The notes below the pieces were generated by a model that was given only the letters and a program-made list of their open reading frames with translations, made no database searches and was not told where the DNA came from. From Patescibacteria group bacterium (lineage in GTDB: Bacteria > Patescibacteriota > Minisyncoccia > Phycocordibacterales > UBA9973), in assembly GCA_038064635.1 (NCBI GenBank), contig JBBTSS010000007.1, positions 9,163 through 66,399 on the forward strand: a DNA stretch of 57,237 bases, written 5' to 3'. Of the stretch, positions 46,673-55,605 are shown piece after piece. Made by a program: the position numbers and the translations under genes. Positions within the stretch are counted from its first letter, which is position 1. Every line of letters begins with the position of its first letter.

Positions 46673-48916
46673 ATGAGACTTAAATATCTTGAGTTAAATG
46701 GTTTTAAATCTTTCGCTAAAAAAACTACTCTAGAGTTTGGTCACCCTATCGTCTCTGTGGTGGGCCCTAATGGTTCAGGAAAAAGTAATGTTGTAGAAGC
46801 ATTGCGTTTTGTGCTTGGGGAACAGTCTATGAAGTCTATGCGTGGAAAGACCGGAGTCGACCTCATCTTCAAAGGATCAAAGAGTCTCTCTAAAGGAACA
46901 AAAGCTACGGTGTCTGTGTATTTTGATAATTCTGATAAGGTTTTTAAATTAAGTAATGAAGAGGGTGAAATTGTAGAATTAAATTACGATACTGTTTCCA
47001 TTAGTCGTGAAGTGTATGCTGACGGGCTAAATAAATATATCTTAAATGATTCTGATGTAAGACTCAAAGATGTAAATAATTTACTTTCTTCTGTTCACAT
47101 AGGTTCTTCTGGACATCATATTATCTCTCAGGGTGAAGCAGACAGAGTATTGAATTCAACACCGAGAGATCTAAAAGAAATAGTAGAAGATGCACTTGGG
47201 CTCAAAGTGTATCAATTTAAAATAAAAGAAGGAGTAAGAAAACTCGAGCGAGCAAATGAAAACATGAAAGAAGTGTCTATTCTTCGTCGTGAAAATGCTC
47301 CGCATTTAAATTTTTTAAAGAAACAAGTAGAAAAACTTGAGAAAGTAAAAGAAATGAAAGTTGAACTTTCAACTTTGTATCAAGAATATTTGAAAAAAGA
47401 GAGTGTGTATTTGAATGAAGAAAAGTCTCGTCTGGGAGAAGATAAAAAAAGGATTTTAGATGCTATACGTGAGATAGTAGAAAAAATGGGGGATGAGTCA
47501 ATTGGAGAAGACAAAAAAGAAAGTCCAAAGCTTGTAGAATTAAGAACGACAGAAACAAATCTTTCAAACGTACGAAGGCTCAAGAATGAGATAGAGCGTA
47601 AGCTTGGACGTATTGAAGGTATGATCGAGATCGCAGAGACTCGTAGAGTGGAAACACCTGAAGAAGTTGTTGTCTCTTTTTCTGAGATGAAAGAAATAGT
47701 CGGAGATGTAAATACTTTTTTAGATGAAGCTTTAAAGAAAGAGTCTTTGGAAGATATAATAAATATTATTTATCGTATAAAAGAAGTTTTAAATAAATTT
47801 GATAAAAAGCCAGTACCGGTAGAAAATAATTCTAGAATAGAAGAAATAGAAAACTTGAAGAATACACAGAGAGAAGTTTTGGTGGAAATGGAGCGTATTG
47901 AAGAAGAAGATAAAAAAATACAAGAATTGATACGAGGACTTAAAGATGATATTCAAAAAGAATCTGAACAAGGCATGGAGCAGGAAAGAGCTCGATTTAC
48001 TTTAAAAGTAAAACATCAAGAACTTTCTTCGGAACTTCAGTTGAATAATGTAAAAGAAGAAAACCTAAAAAGACTTATAGAAAGTTATGAAAATGAAGTC
48101 CGTGAAGGGGAGGCTTTTCTGGGTGCTGAAGTTTTCTTATTTCAAGAATATGTATTTGAAGGAGGCGTAGACAGAGGACTGCAAGAAGATTTAAGAAGAA
48201 AAATAGAAAGAATAAAAATAAAACTCGAAGACGCAGGGCTTACCAACGGAGCGGATATCTTGAAAGAATTTGATGAAGTGACTGAGAGAGACGCATTCTT
48301 GGCGAAAGAGATGGAAGACCTCGCGAGAAGTATCGAGTCTCTACATCAGCTTATCGGAGAACTCAAAGAAAAAATACATGTAGAATTTGAGACCGGTATA
48401 AAGAAAATAAATACTAAATTTCATGAATTCTTCGCACTTATGTTTGGAGGAGGGGAAGCATCACTTTCTATTGTATTTTCTGAGAAGAGAAAGAAAAGTA
48501 GTAATGAAGAAGACGAAGAGGGGGAAGTGATAGAAGAAGATGAAGAAGAATTTGTGCCTGAAGAAGGAGTCGCTATCGACATTGCTCTGCCACATAAAAA
48601 AGTAAAAGAACTACATTCACTTTCTGGAGGGGAGAGATCCCTTACTTCTATCGCACTTCTTTTTGCTATGTCTGCTGTGAATCCTCCACCATTCCTTGTG
48701 CTCGACGAGACTGATGCAGCACTCGACGAAGCGAACTCTCGCAAATACGGAGATATGCTTGAAAAGCTCTCAGAACATTCTCAGCTTATCGTGGTGACTC
48801 ATAATAGAGAGACTATGTCACGCGCTGGGGTGCTCTACGGGGTGACTATTGGCTCTGATGGGGCTTCAAAACTTCTCTCAGTAAAATTCGACGAAGCTGC
48901 TGCTATTGCGAAATAA
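46673..48916 (+). CDS. smc: SMC-family ATPase, short (747 aa), no recognisable hinge
   Basis: N-terminal LELNGFKSF...GPNGSGKSN. C-terminal LSGGERSLTSIALLFA...LVLDETDAALDEAN...VVTHNRETM. The middle is all coiled-coil-like. Confidence 0.8.
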   Translation: MRLKYLELNGFKSFAKKTTLEFGHPIVSVVGPNGSGKSNVVEALRFVLGEQSMKSMRGKTGVDLIFKGSKSLSKGTKATVSVYFDNSDKVFKLSNEEGEIVELNYDTVSISREVYADGLNKYILNDSDVRLKDVNNLLSSVHIGSSGHHIISQGEADRVLNSTPRDLKEIVEDALGLKVYQFKIKEGVRKLERANENMKEVSILRRENAPHLNFLKKQVEKLEKVKEMKVELSTLYQEYLKKESVYLNEEKSRLGEDKKRILDAIREIVEKMGDESIGEDKKESPKLVELRTTETNLSNVRRLKNEIERKLGRIEGMIEIAETRRVETPEEVVVSFSEMKEIVGDVNTFLDEALKKESLEDIINIIYRIKEVLNKFDKKPVPVENNSRIEEIENLKNTQREVLVEMERIEEEDKKIQELIRGLKDDIQKESEQGMEQERARFTLKVKHQELSSELQLNNVKEENLKRLIESYENEVREGEAFLGAEVFLFQEYVFEGGVDRGLQEDLRRKIERIKIKLEDAGLTNGADILKEFDEVTERDAFLAKEMEDLARSIESLHQLIGELKEKIHVEFETGIKKINTKFHEFFALMFGGGEASLSIVFSEKRKKSSNEEDEEGEVIEEDEEEFVPEEGVAIDIALPHKKVKELHSLSGGERSLTSIALLFAMSAVNPPPFLVLDETDAALDEANSRKYGDMLEKLSEHSQLIVVTHNRETMSRAGVLYGVTIGSDGASKLLSVKFDEAAAIAK

Positions 48917-48997
48917 TTTTCTAAAAGAAAATTATTTCGTCCTGAGTTTGTCGAATGGGCGAAATAACCCTTAAAGTAAAGAACAATCTAATGCATA

Positions 48998-49026
48998 AAA
49001 AGTCAAGGATAAACTTGACTTTTTTA
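48998..49026 (+). terminator. Intrinsic terminator after smc
   Basis: Stem AAAGTCAAG/CTTGACTTT followed by TTTT. Confidence 0.7.
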
Positions 49027-49071
49027 TTATATTGTGATATCATAGGACATTCTTTAGATCTTTGAAAACTG

Positions 49072-49158
49072 AGTTTAAGTGAAGTGATGTTAGCTTTTTG
49101 AGCACTAATTTTAGCGCCCAGGAAGCTAATATCACACTAAATTTTTTCACTTAAACTT
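49072..49158 (+). promoter_or_regulatory. Long imperfect hairpin in the 5' region of the 49168 gene
   Basis: AGTTTAAGTGAA (49072-83) pairs with TTCACTTAAACT (49147-58). GTGATGTTAGCTT (49084-96) pairs with AAGCTAATATCAC (49123-35). Confidence 0.55.
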
Positions 49159-49167
49159 TTTAAACTT

Positions 49168-50172
49168 ATGCTACGCAATTCAATTTGCTTCGCTTTCATG
49201 CTTTGCATGACAAACCTTTTTGCTCAACAAAGTTCACCAAAGGACCAATGGATCATGTCCCGGGTTAACGACCCATCCACAAAACAAATGTGGCATGATA
49301 TTGGACTTAATCCTGGACCTAATCAATCTTTGGCCCCAGGCCAATCTGTGCCGTTCATGTTTTCTCCTGAAGGACCACGAATGATGACTGATCAGGCTGA
49401 TCAAATCAATGATACGCCATGGGAATTGATCGGATTGGTATGGGAAGATTCCTTTGGAGTTTCCACACATCCGGTAAATGAAAATTTTCAATGGGAAGTG
49501 CATGAACAAGGATTTTTTGAAAGTTTATTCAATTCTTCCTGGTTTTGGTTTTGGTTTACAGTCTCTTTGTTTTGCTTCATGATGTATCTTTTGCGTCGTC
49601 GTGCAACCAAGTGGCGCAGAGTTAATCATCCTGTGTATGCAGGTGAACCAATGTCCACTGTGGCACTTACTGACGCAACAGCTCTTGCCGCTATGGAAGC
49701 TCAAGCAAACAGGTTGTACCCAGGAGTGAAATGTAACATCAAGAACATTCGTAAGGGCCGTTTTTTCGGTGAAGGTATGTCTTACTTTGCTGACAAGCCA
49801 AAGGGTGTTAAATGTGTTTTTGATGGACAAGTTGGTTATGCTGCAACTTTGTCTCGCCCAGGAGCAATGGACGAAGAAGTATATACACTTCTTCAGTGCG
49901 GAAATGACGCCAGAAATGGTGAATACATGACCGGCCTTATCTTCCATGAAGATGCGAAAGTAGATTCGGAAAAAGCTATCGCTGCCGCTGAACAAGCAAA
50001 AAATCAAAATCCGCCCTTTGATGCTATTGCTTTTTCTTTGGAGTTGATTAAAACACAACTTGCCGACGAAAAAGGCCAACGGAACGTATCTTTGACTTTT
50101 GAAGATGGAAAATTGGAATTCAAGCTTGAAAGCCACGGACAATCTCCTTATTCAAATAGAAGCGAACGCTAA
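49168..50172 (+). CDS. Hypothetical bitopic membrane protein (334 aa), GC-elevated
   Basis: Signal-like N-terminus (TNLFAQQ), a central TM segment WFWFWFTVSLFCFMMYLL followed by RRRATKWRR, and a C-terminal domain of about 190 aa that would be cytoplasmic. Confidence 0.7.
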   Translation: MLRNSICFAFMLCMTNLFAQQSSPKDQWIMSRVNDPSTKQMWHDIGLNPGPNQSLAPGQSVPFMFSPEGPRMMTDQADQINDTPWELIGLVWEDSFGVSTHPVNENFQWEVHEQGFFESLFNSSWFWFWFTVSLFCFMMYLLRRRATKWRRVNHPVYAGEPMSTVALTDATALAAMEAQANRLYPGVKCNIKNIRKGRFFGEGMSYFADKPKGVKCVFDGQVGYAATLSRPGAMDEEVYTLLQCGNDARNGEYMTGLIFHEDAKVDSEKAIAAAEQAKNQNPPFDAIAFSLELIKTQLADEKGQRNVSLTFEDGKLEFKLESHGQSPYSNRSER

Positions 50173-50206
50173 GTTTAGTCGCACAGCTTAATGTGTAAAA
50201 TTCATC

Positions 50207-50262
50207 AAACCCGAGTTTGATGAGCAGGAAAATCCTTGCTCATCACTCGGGTTTTCTTGTTT
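50207..50262. terminator. Long bidirectional terminator hairpin
   Basis: AAACCCGAG..TGATGAGCAGG-AAAAT-CCTTGCTCATCA-CTCGGGTTT, followed by a T-run. Confidence 0.75.
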
Positions 50263-52194
50263 TTATCTAGTTGTCTTAGAATTAGGAGAAGTTTCTATTT
50301 TAGGAATTTGGAATTTTATTTTTTCTTCTTTACCTGGAATTATTTTATCTGGTTGAAATACTTTGTTTAACTTTACAATATTTTTCTTTGTAGTCATTGA
50401 ACCATCTCTGTGTAGTTTAAGTTCTAGAAGCATTCCTTGCATAGTGTTGGTTGAAAACTTTTGATCAAAAATAAAGTTTCCGAGAGAGTAAGCAATGAAA
50501 CTGTTTTTATATACTTCTGTATCTTGGATTACATGAGGATGATGCCCTATGACTATTTTTGCTCCAGCATCTACTGCTTTGTGAGCTAAGTATTCTTGTC
50601 TTTTATTGTGAGTAGTTTTGTACTCGTCACCAAAGTGAAATGACACCACTAGGTAGTCTACTTGTTTTGAAGCGTTTGCTACGATTTCACTAAAACGAGG
50701 ATTACTCGCGAGTAATAGCCCTGAGTTTTCTTCGGTGACTTTCATCCAGTTCGGTCCAACATCAGAGAACCCAAGGTAACCTATCTTCATACCGTATTTT
50801 TCAATAATAGTAGGATTTTCTGCTTCGGATAATGTTCCTCCACCAGTGTAGAGTATTTCATTTTCTTTAAGTCTTGCTAGGGTATCTGTATATGCAGTAC
50901 GGCCCCAGTCTCCGACGTGATTGTTCGCCATAGAGACTATGTCTATACCTCCACCTTTAAGTGCAGGTACAACAGAAGGGTCCATACGGAAAGAGTAAAC
51001 ACTTCCACCGTCACTTCCTCTATTTGAAGCTGTGCCTTCTAAGTTTGCAAAAACGATGTCAGATTTTTTTAATATTTCTAATTTTTCAAAAAGTGCTGAG
51101 TAGTCACCATCAAAGTTTTTATTAACAGAATTTCGGACTCCACGATCAAGCATGATGTCCCCACCAAAAGCGAGGGTCACATAGTCAGGTTCTCGTAAGT
51201 CTGGTAAGTCGAGTCTTTCTTTTATCCAGTCAGCACTTGCGTCGGATGCTCCACCATAATAAACATTTTTCTTTAGGTATTTTAAAATATTTATTACGTC
51301 TTTTTGTCTGTCACTACTACGCAACAATACTATGCCCACAGGACGGGTTCCTTCTTTTCCGAGTGGTAAAGAGAAGGTAGATATGACTGTTTGTTTTGCA
51401 GGATCAGTAAAGCCACTTTTACCACCTATATAGCCACTTTCTCTTAAAAATTGATTTGTACTAAACCAGGTGTGCTTTTTATTTGTGTAGCTTCTGTTTG
51501 TAGTTATCTTTAATATGTTTTCTCTTTGTTGTTTCAAGTATCCTGTGAGTTTAAATAAGTCCGACACAGTAGACTGATTTTTCTCAGATAGTCCGCTAGG
51601 GTCACTATAAGAAGTTGAAGACATTTTTAATTTCTCAGCTTGAAGATTCATCTTGCTCATAAACGTATCTCGTCCGAAATGCTCAGCTATGATTTCTGCT
51701 GCATCATTACTAGACTCAAGTAAAAGAGGGTAGATGAGGTCGGGTACTTTTACTTTTTCTCCAACTCTAAAATTTCCATTTTCTCCATAAGTCGCTAACG
51801 CTTTTTTACTTACTTTTGCTATCTGTTCATCAGTATTTGTAGTGAGTTCATTTGCTACAAGTGCAGTCATCAGTTTTGATACAGAAGCTATTGGGTATTT
51901 CTTTTCAGCATTTTTAGCAAGTATCACTTCACCAGTATTTAAGTCTCCGACGATATAACTTTCTGCGGATATCTTTGGTTTTAAATTTTCTTCTTTTACA
52001 AAATAAAAATACGTAGGTTTATTTATACCAGGAGTAACGGCATCATTTACTAATGCCATATTTTCTATGTTTTTTTCATTTATTTTTACATACGTAGCAC
52101 CTGTAAAAATCATAGAAGCAAAAAATATTCCCGTACCGATAGCGAGTAGAGTAAAAAATCCTAATTTTATTTTTTCTTTAAATGGTTTTTGCAT
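50263..52194 (-). CDS. Fusion: S11 D-alanyl-D-alanine carboxypeptidase (N-terminal) plus CapA/PgsA-type metallophosphatase domain (C-terminal)
   Basis: N-terminal TM segment. SxxK (SVSKLM), SxN (SSND) and KSG motifs. CapA-like motifs then follow: GGDIMLDRG, FANLEG, ANNHVGDWG, GHHPHV. Confidence 0.85.
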   Translation of the reverse strand: MQKPFKEKIKLGFFTLLAIGTGIFFASMIFTGATYVKINEKNIENMALVNDAVTPGINKPTYFYFVKEENLKPKISAESYIVGDLNTGEVILAKNAEKKYPIASVSKLMTALVANELTTNTDEQIAKVSKKALATYGENGNFRVGEKVKVPDLIYPLLLESSNDAAEIIAEHFGRDTFMSKMNLQAEKLKMSSTSYSDPSGLSEKNQSTVSDLFKLTGYLKQQRENILKITTNRSYTNKKHTWFSTNQFLRESGYIGGKSGFTDPAKQTVISTFSLPLGKEGTRPVGIVLLRSSDRQKDVINILKYLKKNVYYGGASDASADWIKERLDLPDLREPDYVTLAFGGDIMLDRGVRNSVNKNFDGDYSALFEKLEILKKSDIVFANLEGTASNRGSDGGSVYSFRMDPSVVPALKGGGIDIVSMANNHVGDWGRTAYTDTLARLKENEILYTGGGTLSEAENPTIIEKYGMKIGYLGFSDVGPNWMKVTEENSGLLLASNPRFSEIVANASKQVDYLVVSFHFGDEYKTTHNKRQEYLAHKAVDAGAKIVIGHHPHVIQDTEVYKNSFIAYSLGNFIFDQKFSTNTMQGMLLELKLHRDGSMTTKKNIVKLNKVFQPDKIIPGKEEKIKFQIPKIETSPNSKTTR

Positions 52195-52196
52195 TT

Positions 52197-54215
52197 TTAA
52201 ATCAAAACGTAATCGATGGTTTTCTTTTCTAGGTCAACTGCTTTTACTTTTATTTTAACATGTCCACCTAAACGGTAAACTGTTTTATGTTTTTGTCCTA
52301 CCATTTCCATCTTTTTTTCATTGAAAGTATAGAAATCATCTTTCATATCTCGCACTCGGACAAGTCCTTCACATTTTGTTTCTACTTCTTCTACGTATAC
52401 ACCCCATTCACTGATACCACTTATGATACCTTTGAAAGTTTCACCAATACGAGTAGACATGTACTCAACTTGTTTGTATTTGATAGATGAACGTTCTGCA
52501 TCACTTGCTTTCTTTTCTTGTTCAGAAGATACTCGAGACATTTTATCAAAATCTTTATAACTTTCTTTTTTGATTTTTTTATCACTCAAATAATTCATGA
52601 GTAGTCTGTGCACCATCATATCTGGATAACGTCGGATAGGGGAAGTGAAGTGTGTGTAGTATTCAAATGCGAGTCCGTAGTGGCCTATATTTTCAGTGGA
52701 ATAGATAGCTTTTGCCATAGAACGTATTACTGCTCTGTGAATAGTATCTTTTTCATCCTTGTTCTTTAGATTATTTAAAAGTTTATTTATCTCAAATGAA
52801 GGAATGAGTCCGTTTTTGAGGGTCACTTTATAGCCGAGACTTTTTAAAAAGAAAACTAAGTCTTCTGTTTTTTCTTTGCTTGGTAAGTCGTGTATACGGT
52901 ATACAAAAATACCTTCTTTTTCTTTTTTAATTTTCTTTGAGACAAATTCTGCAACTTTTTTATTTGCTAGTAACATGAATTCTTCGATAAGACGATTTGA
53001 ATCAGTCCGTTCTTTTTTTATAACCTTTAAAGGTTTTCCATTTTCGTCTAAGATAAACTTTACTTCTTCTTGGTCAAGAGATACTGAGCCATGTTCAAAT
53101 CTGTCTTTGGTAAGTTTTTTGGCGATGGTGTTTAAAGTTAAAAGTTCTTTGTGATAAAGCAAATTTGGTTTTTGAATAGACTCAAATGCTTCTTCATAGG
53201 TAAATCTTTTGTCAGAGTGTATAACAGTGCGCCCATACCATTCACTTTTTATTTCTGCATTTTTATTCATGACAAAAACAGCACTCATGGTAAGTCTATC
53301 TACATTTGGAAGCAGGGAACACAAGTCATTTGAAAGTTCCTCTGGAAGCATCGGTATTGTACGGTCGACTAGATACACTGAAGTCGCGCGTTCACGAGCT
53401 TCTTTGTCTATCGCTCCTCCTTCTCTGACATAATGAGTTACATCAGCAATGTGTACTCCTATCTCAAATTCATCTTTATTTAATTCTTTGAACGATAATG
53501 CATCATCAAAATCTTTTGCTGTATCTGGGTCGATCGTAAAAGTAAGTGTTCCTCTAAAATCCCGTCTATTTTTAAACTCTTCACTTTTTATTCCTGCTAT
53601 TTTTATATTTTTTGCTTCAAGTTCTACGTGATCTGGTAAATTACTATCAAAACCCTTTTCGATAGCGATAGAATGCATTTCTGTTTCATTGTCTCCAGGA
53701 CGTCCTAAAATCTTTATTACTTTACCAATAGGCGCCTTGCGATAATCTGTCCAAGAAGTGAGTTCAACAAAAACTTTTTGATTTACTTCTGCTCCAGCGA
53801 GTTCTGTTTCTGGAATCAAAATGTCAGTATACATTTTTGTGTCGTCTGGTTTTAGAAAATACAAATTATCTTCTTTTTCCAAAACTCCTACGAAAGCTTT
53901 TTTTGCTCTTTGTATTATTTGAGTGACTTCGGCTGTCTGTCGTCCGTGACCTTTTGGATGTAGAAGCACAGAAACAGTATCTCCATTTAAAGCAGTCTTT
54001 AAGTGTTTGTAGTCTATTTCTGCATCTTCTTTAAATCCAGGTACTTCTATGTATCCTGTGCCTTTGGAAGAGATAGATATAATACCTTCAAAATTTACAT
54101 TTTTTATGGTTTTAGCTTTTTCGTTAACCTTTTTATGAAAAAAATTCTTTGTATCTTTAACTTTGTGAAAGGGGGTATTTGGCTTCTTTTTATTATCTTT
54201 TTTGCTGTTTTTCAT
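52197..54215 (-). CDS. rnr: Ribonuclease R
   Basis: 672 aa with cold-shock-like N-terminal domains, the RNB domain (DPDTAKDFDDA..., HYGLAFEYYTHFTSPIRRYPD) and a C-terminal S1 domain. Confidence 0.95.
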   Translation of the reverse strand: MKNSKKDNKKKPNTPFHKVKDTKNFFHKKVNEKAKTIKNVNFEGIISISSKGTGYIEVPGFKEDAEIDYKHLKTALNGDTVSVLLHPKGHGRQTAEVTQIIQRAKKAFVGVLEKEDNLYFLKPDDTKMYTDILIPETELAGAEVNQKVFVELTSWTDYRKAPIGKVIKILGRPGDNETEMHSIAIEKGFDSNLPDHVELEAKNIKIAGIKSEEFKNRRDFRGTLTFTIDPDTAKDFDDALSFKELNKDEFEIGVHIADVTHYVREGGAIDKEARERATSVYLVDRTIPMLPEELSNDLCSLLPNVDRLTMSAVFVMNKNAEIKSEWYGRTVIHSDKRFTYEEAFESIQKPNLLYHKELLTLNTIAKKLTKDRFEHGSVSLDQEEVKFILDENGKPLKVIKKERTDSNRLIEEFMLLANKKVAEFVSKKIKKEKEGIFVYRIHDLPSKEKTEDLVFFLKSLGYKVTLKNGLIPSFEINKLLNNLKNKDEKDTIHRAVIRSMAKAIYSTENIGHYGLAFEYYTHFTSPIRRYPDMMVHRLLMNYLSDKKIKKESYKDFDKMSRVSSEQEKKASDAERSSIKYKQVEYMSTRIGETFKGIISGISEWGVYVEEVETKCEGLVRVRDMKDDFYTFNEKKMEMVGQKHKTVYRLGGHVKIKVKAVDLEKKTIDYVLI

Positions 54216-54271
54216 TTATTAAATATAGCATATTAGTCATTATTTTATAACCTATTTATAATAACATAAGC

Positions 54272-54300
54272 TTGACAAAATGTCTACTTTATGCTAAGAT
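54272..54300 (+). promoter_or_regulatory. Near-consensus sigma-70 promoter TTGACA-17-TAAGAT with an extended -10 TG
   Basis: -35 at 54272-54277, TGc at 54292-54294, and -10 at 54295-54300. A GAGGGA SD-like element lies 9 nt before ATG 54356. Confidence 0.7.
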
Positions 54301-54355
54301 ACTCAAGTAATGGTTTTATTTTATTCTCAAATTTTATATTTGAGGGATACATATC

Positions 54356-55552
54356 ATGTTTAAGAAAAATAACAAAAAATCAAAAAAAGGCTTAAAAATA
54401 AAGGCGCTACTCATAGCTTTAGTGATGGTTTTTGTATATGTATTTCCTCCTGATAAGGCAGAAGCTTGTTGCTGTCCATGTGATTTTTATATTCCTGGAA
54501 ATTACTGGGTACCAGGTAATTACTGGATCCCAGGAGATTACCCAATACCAGGAGACTATTGGACTCCTGGAAGTTATCCTACACCAGGAAGTTATTGGAC
54601 TCCGGGCGATTATCCTGTTCCTGGAAATTACTGGGTACCAGGTAATTACTGGATCCCAGGAGACTACGTCGTTCCTGGAAGCTATCAAATTCCTGGAGGA
54701 TATATTGTTCCTGGAAATTACATCGTTCCTGGAAGTTATGTTGTAAATGGAAGTTATATTATACCTGGAAGTTACCAGATACCCGGAAATTATATCGTCC
54801 CTGGAAGTTATCAAATACCTGGTAGTTATGTTGTTCCCGGAAGTTACGTCGTGCCTGGTAGTTATGTTACTACTGGAAATTATCAAGTGCCCGGAAGTTA
54901 CGTGGTTCCAGGAAGTTACACTACTACTGGAAGTTATCAAGTTCCTGGTAGTTATGTCGTTCCTGGAAGTTATATTCTGGAAGGAGGAGGAAGTTACACT
55001 GTACCAGGTAGCTATGTTGTAGAAGGTGGAGGTAGTTACAATGTTCCTGGTAGTTATGTTGTTCCCGGAAGTTACGCTACGACTGGCAGTTACAATGTGC
55101 CTGGAAGTTATGTTACTACTGGAAGTTACAACGTACCTGTTGCAAGTTATAACGTTCCAGGTAGTTACATCACAACAGGAAGCTATGACGTACCTGTGGC
55201 TAGTTACTCTGTACCTGGCAGTTATCAAGTTCCTGGAAGCTATGTTGTTCCCGGAAGTTATGATGTAGTTAATCCTCATTATTCAGTACCTGGAAGTTAT
55301 TCAGTAGTAGGTAGTTATGATACACCAGGGAATTATTCAGTGGTAGGTAGTTATAATACACCCGGAGATTATTCTGTTGTTGGAAACTACTCAACACCCG
55401 GAGACTACTCTGTGGTTGGAAATTATTCAACACCAGGGGACTATTCTGTTCCTGGATACGGACTCACTTCCTCTGCTTCAGAGCCAAATTCTGGAAATAA
55501 CAACACTATAAGTTATGCTGGTTTTAATTCTCACGAACCTTATACACAATAA
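54356..55552 (+). CDS. Membrane-anchored hexapeptide-repeat protein, about 50 copies of [PTV]G[SND]Y-x-[VIT]
   Basis: The N-terminal basic region plus TM segment (KALLIALVMVFVYVF) is followed by a CCCPC motif, then an uninterrupted 6-residue periodicity, then a Ser/Asn-rich tail. Confidence 0.75.
   Translation: MFKKNNKKSKKGLKIKALLIALVMVFVYVFPPDKAEACCCPCDFYIPGNYWVPGNYWIPGDYPIPGDYWTPGSYPTPGSYWTPGDYPVPGNYWVPGNYWIPGDYVVPGSYQIPGGYIVPGNYIVPGSYVVNGSYIIPGSYQIPGNYIVPGSYQIPGSYVVPGSYVVPGSYVTTGNYQVPGSYVVPGSYTTTGSYQVPGSYVVPGSYILEGGGSYTVPGSYVVEGGGSYNVPGSYVVPGSYATTGSYNVPGSYVTTGSYNVPVASYNVPGSYITTGSYDVPVASYSVPGSYQVPGSYVVPGSYDVVNPHYSVPGSYSVVGSYDTPGNYSVVGSYNTPGDYSVVGNYSTPGDYSVVGNYSTPGDYSVPGYGLTSSASEPNSGNNNTISYAGFNSHEPYTQ
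54494..55462 (+). repeat. 18-nt periodic tandem repeat array (coding) with higher-order 126-nt and 36-nt units
   Basis: A 44-nt exact repeat occurs at 54494 and 54620 (offset 126). The 3' end has PGDYSVVGNYST three times, a 36-nt unit. Confidence 0.85.
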
Positions 55553-55605
55553 ATATATTAACTTATAAATTTGCTTTTTAGTCAAAATTGTTATAGATTA
55601 TCCTT

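Noticed and set aside
49525-50142. A 205-aa minus-strand ORF opposite the 49168-50172 gene.
   Set aside because: The plus-strand ORF is longer and has coherent signal and TM features, along with promoter-proximal structure. The minus-strand product is Cys/Phe-rich with no features. It is a typical shadow ORF in a higher-GC segment.
54419-55279. A 286-aa antisense ORF and three alternative sense-frame ORFs (54432-54746, 54747-55022, 55026-55268) inside the hexapeptide-repeat gene.
   Set aside because: An 18-nt periodic sequence lacking stop-forming triplets stays open in several frames. Only the 54356 frame has a promoter, an SD-like site, an N-terminal anchor and a non-repetitive tail. The frame choice still deserves experimental confirmation.
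54494-55462. The regular short-period repeat array could be mistaken for a CRISPR array.
   Set aside because: The period is 18 nt with no unique spacers, the array is in frame and coding, and no cas genes are present.
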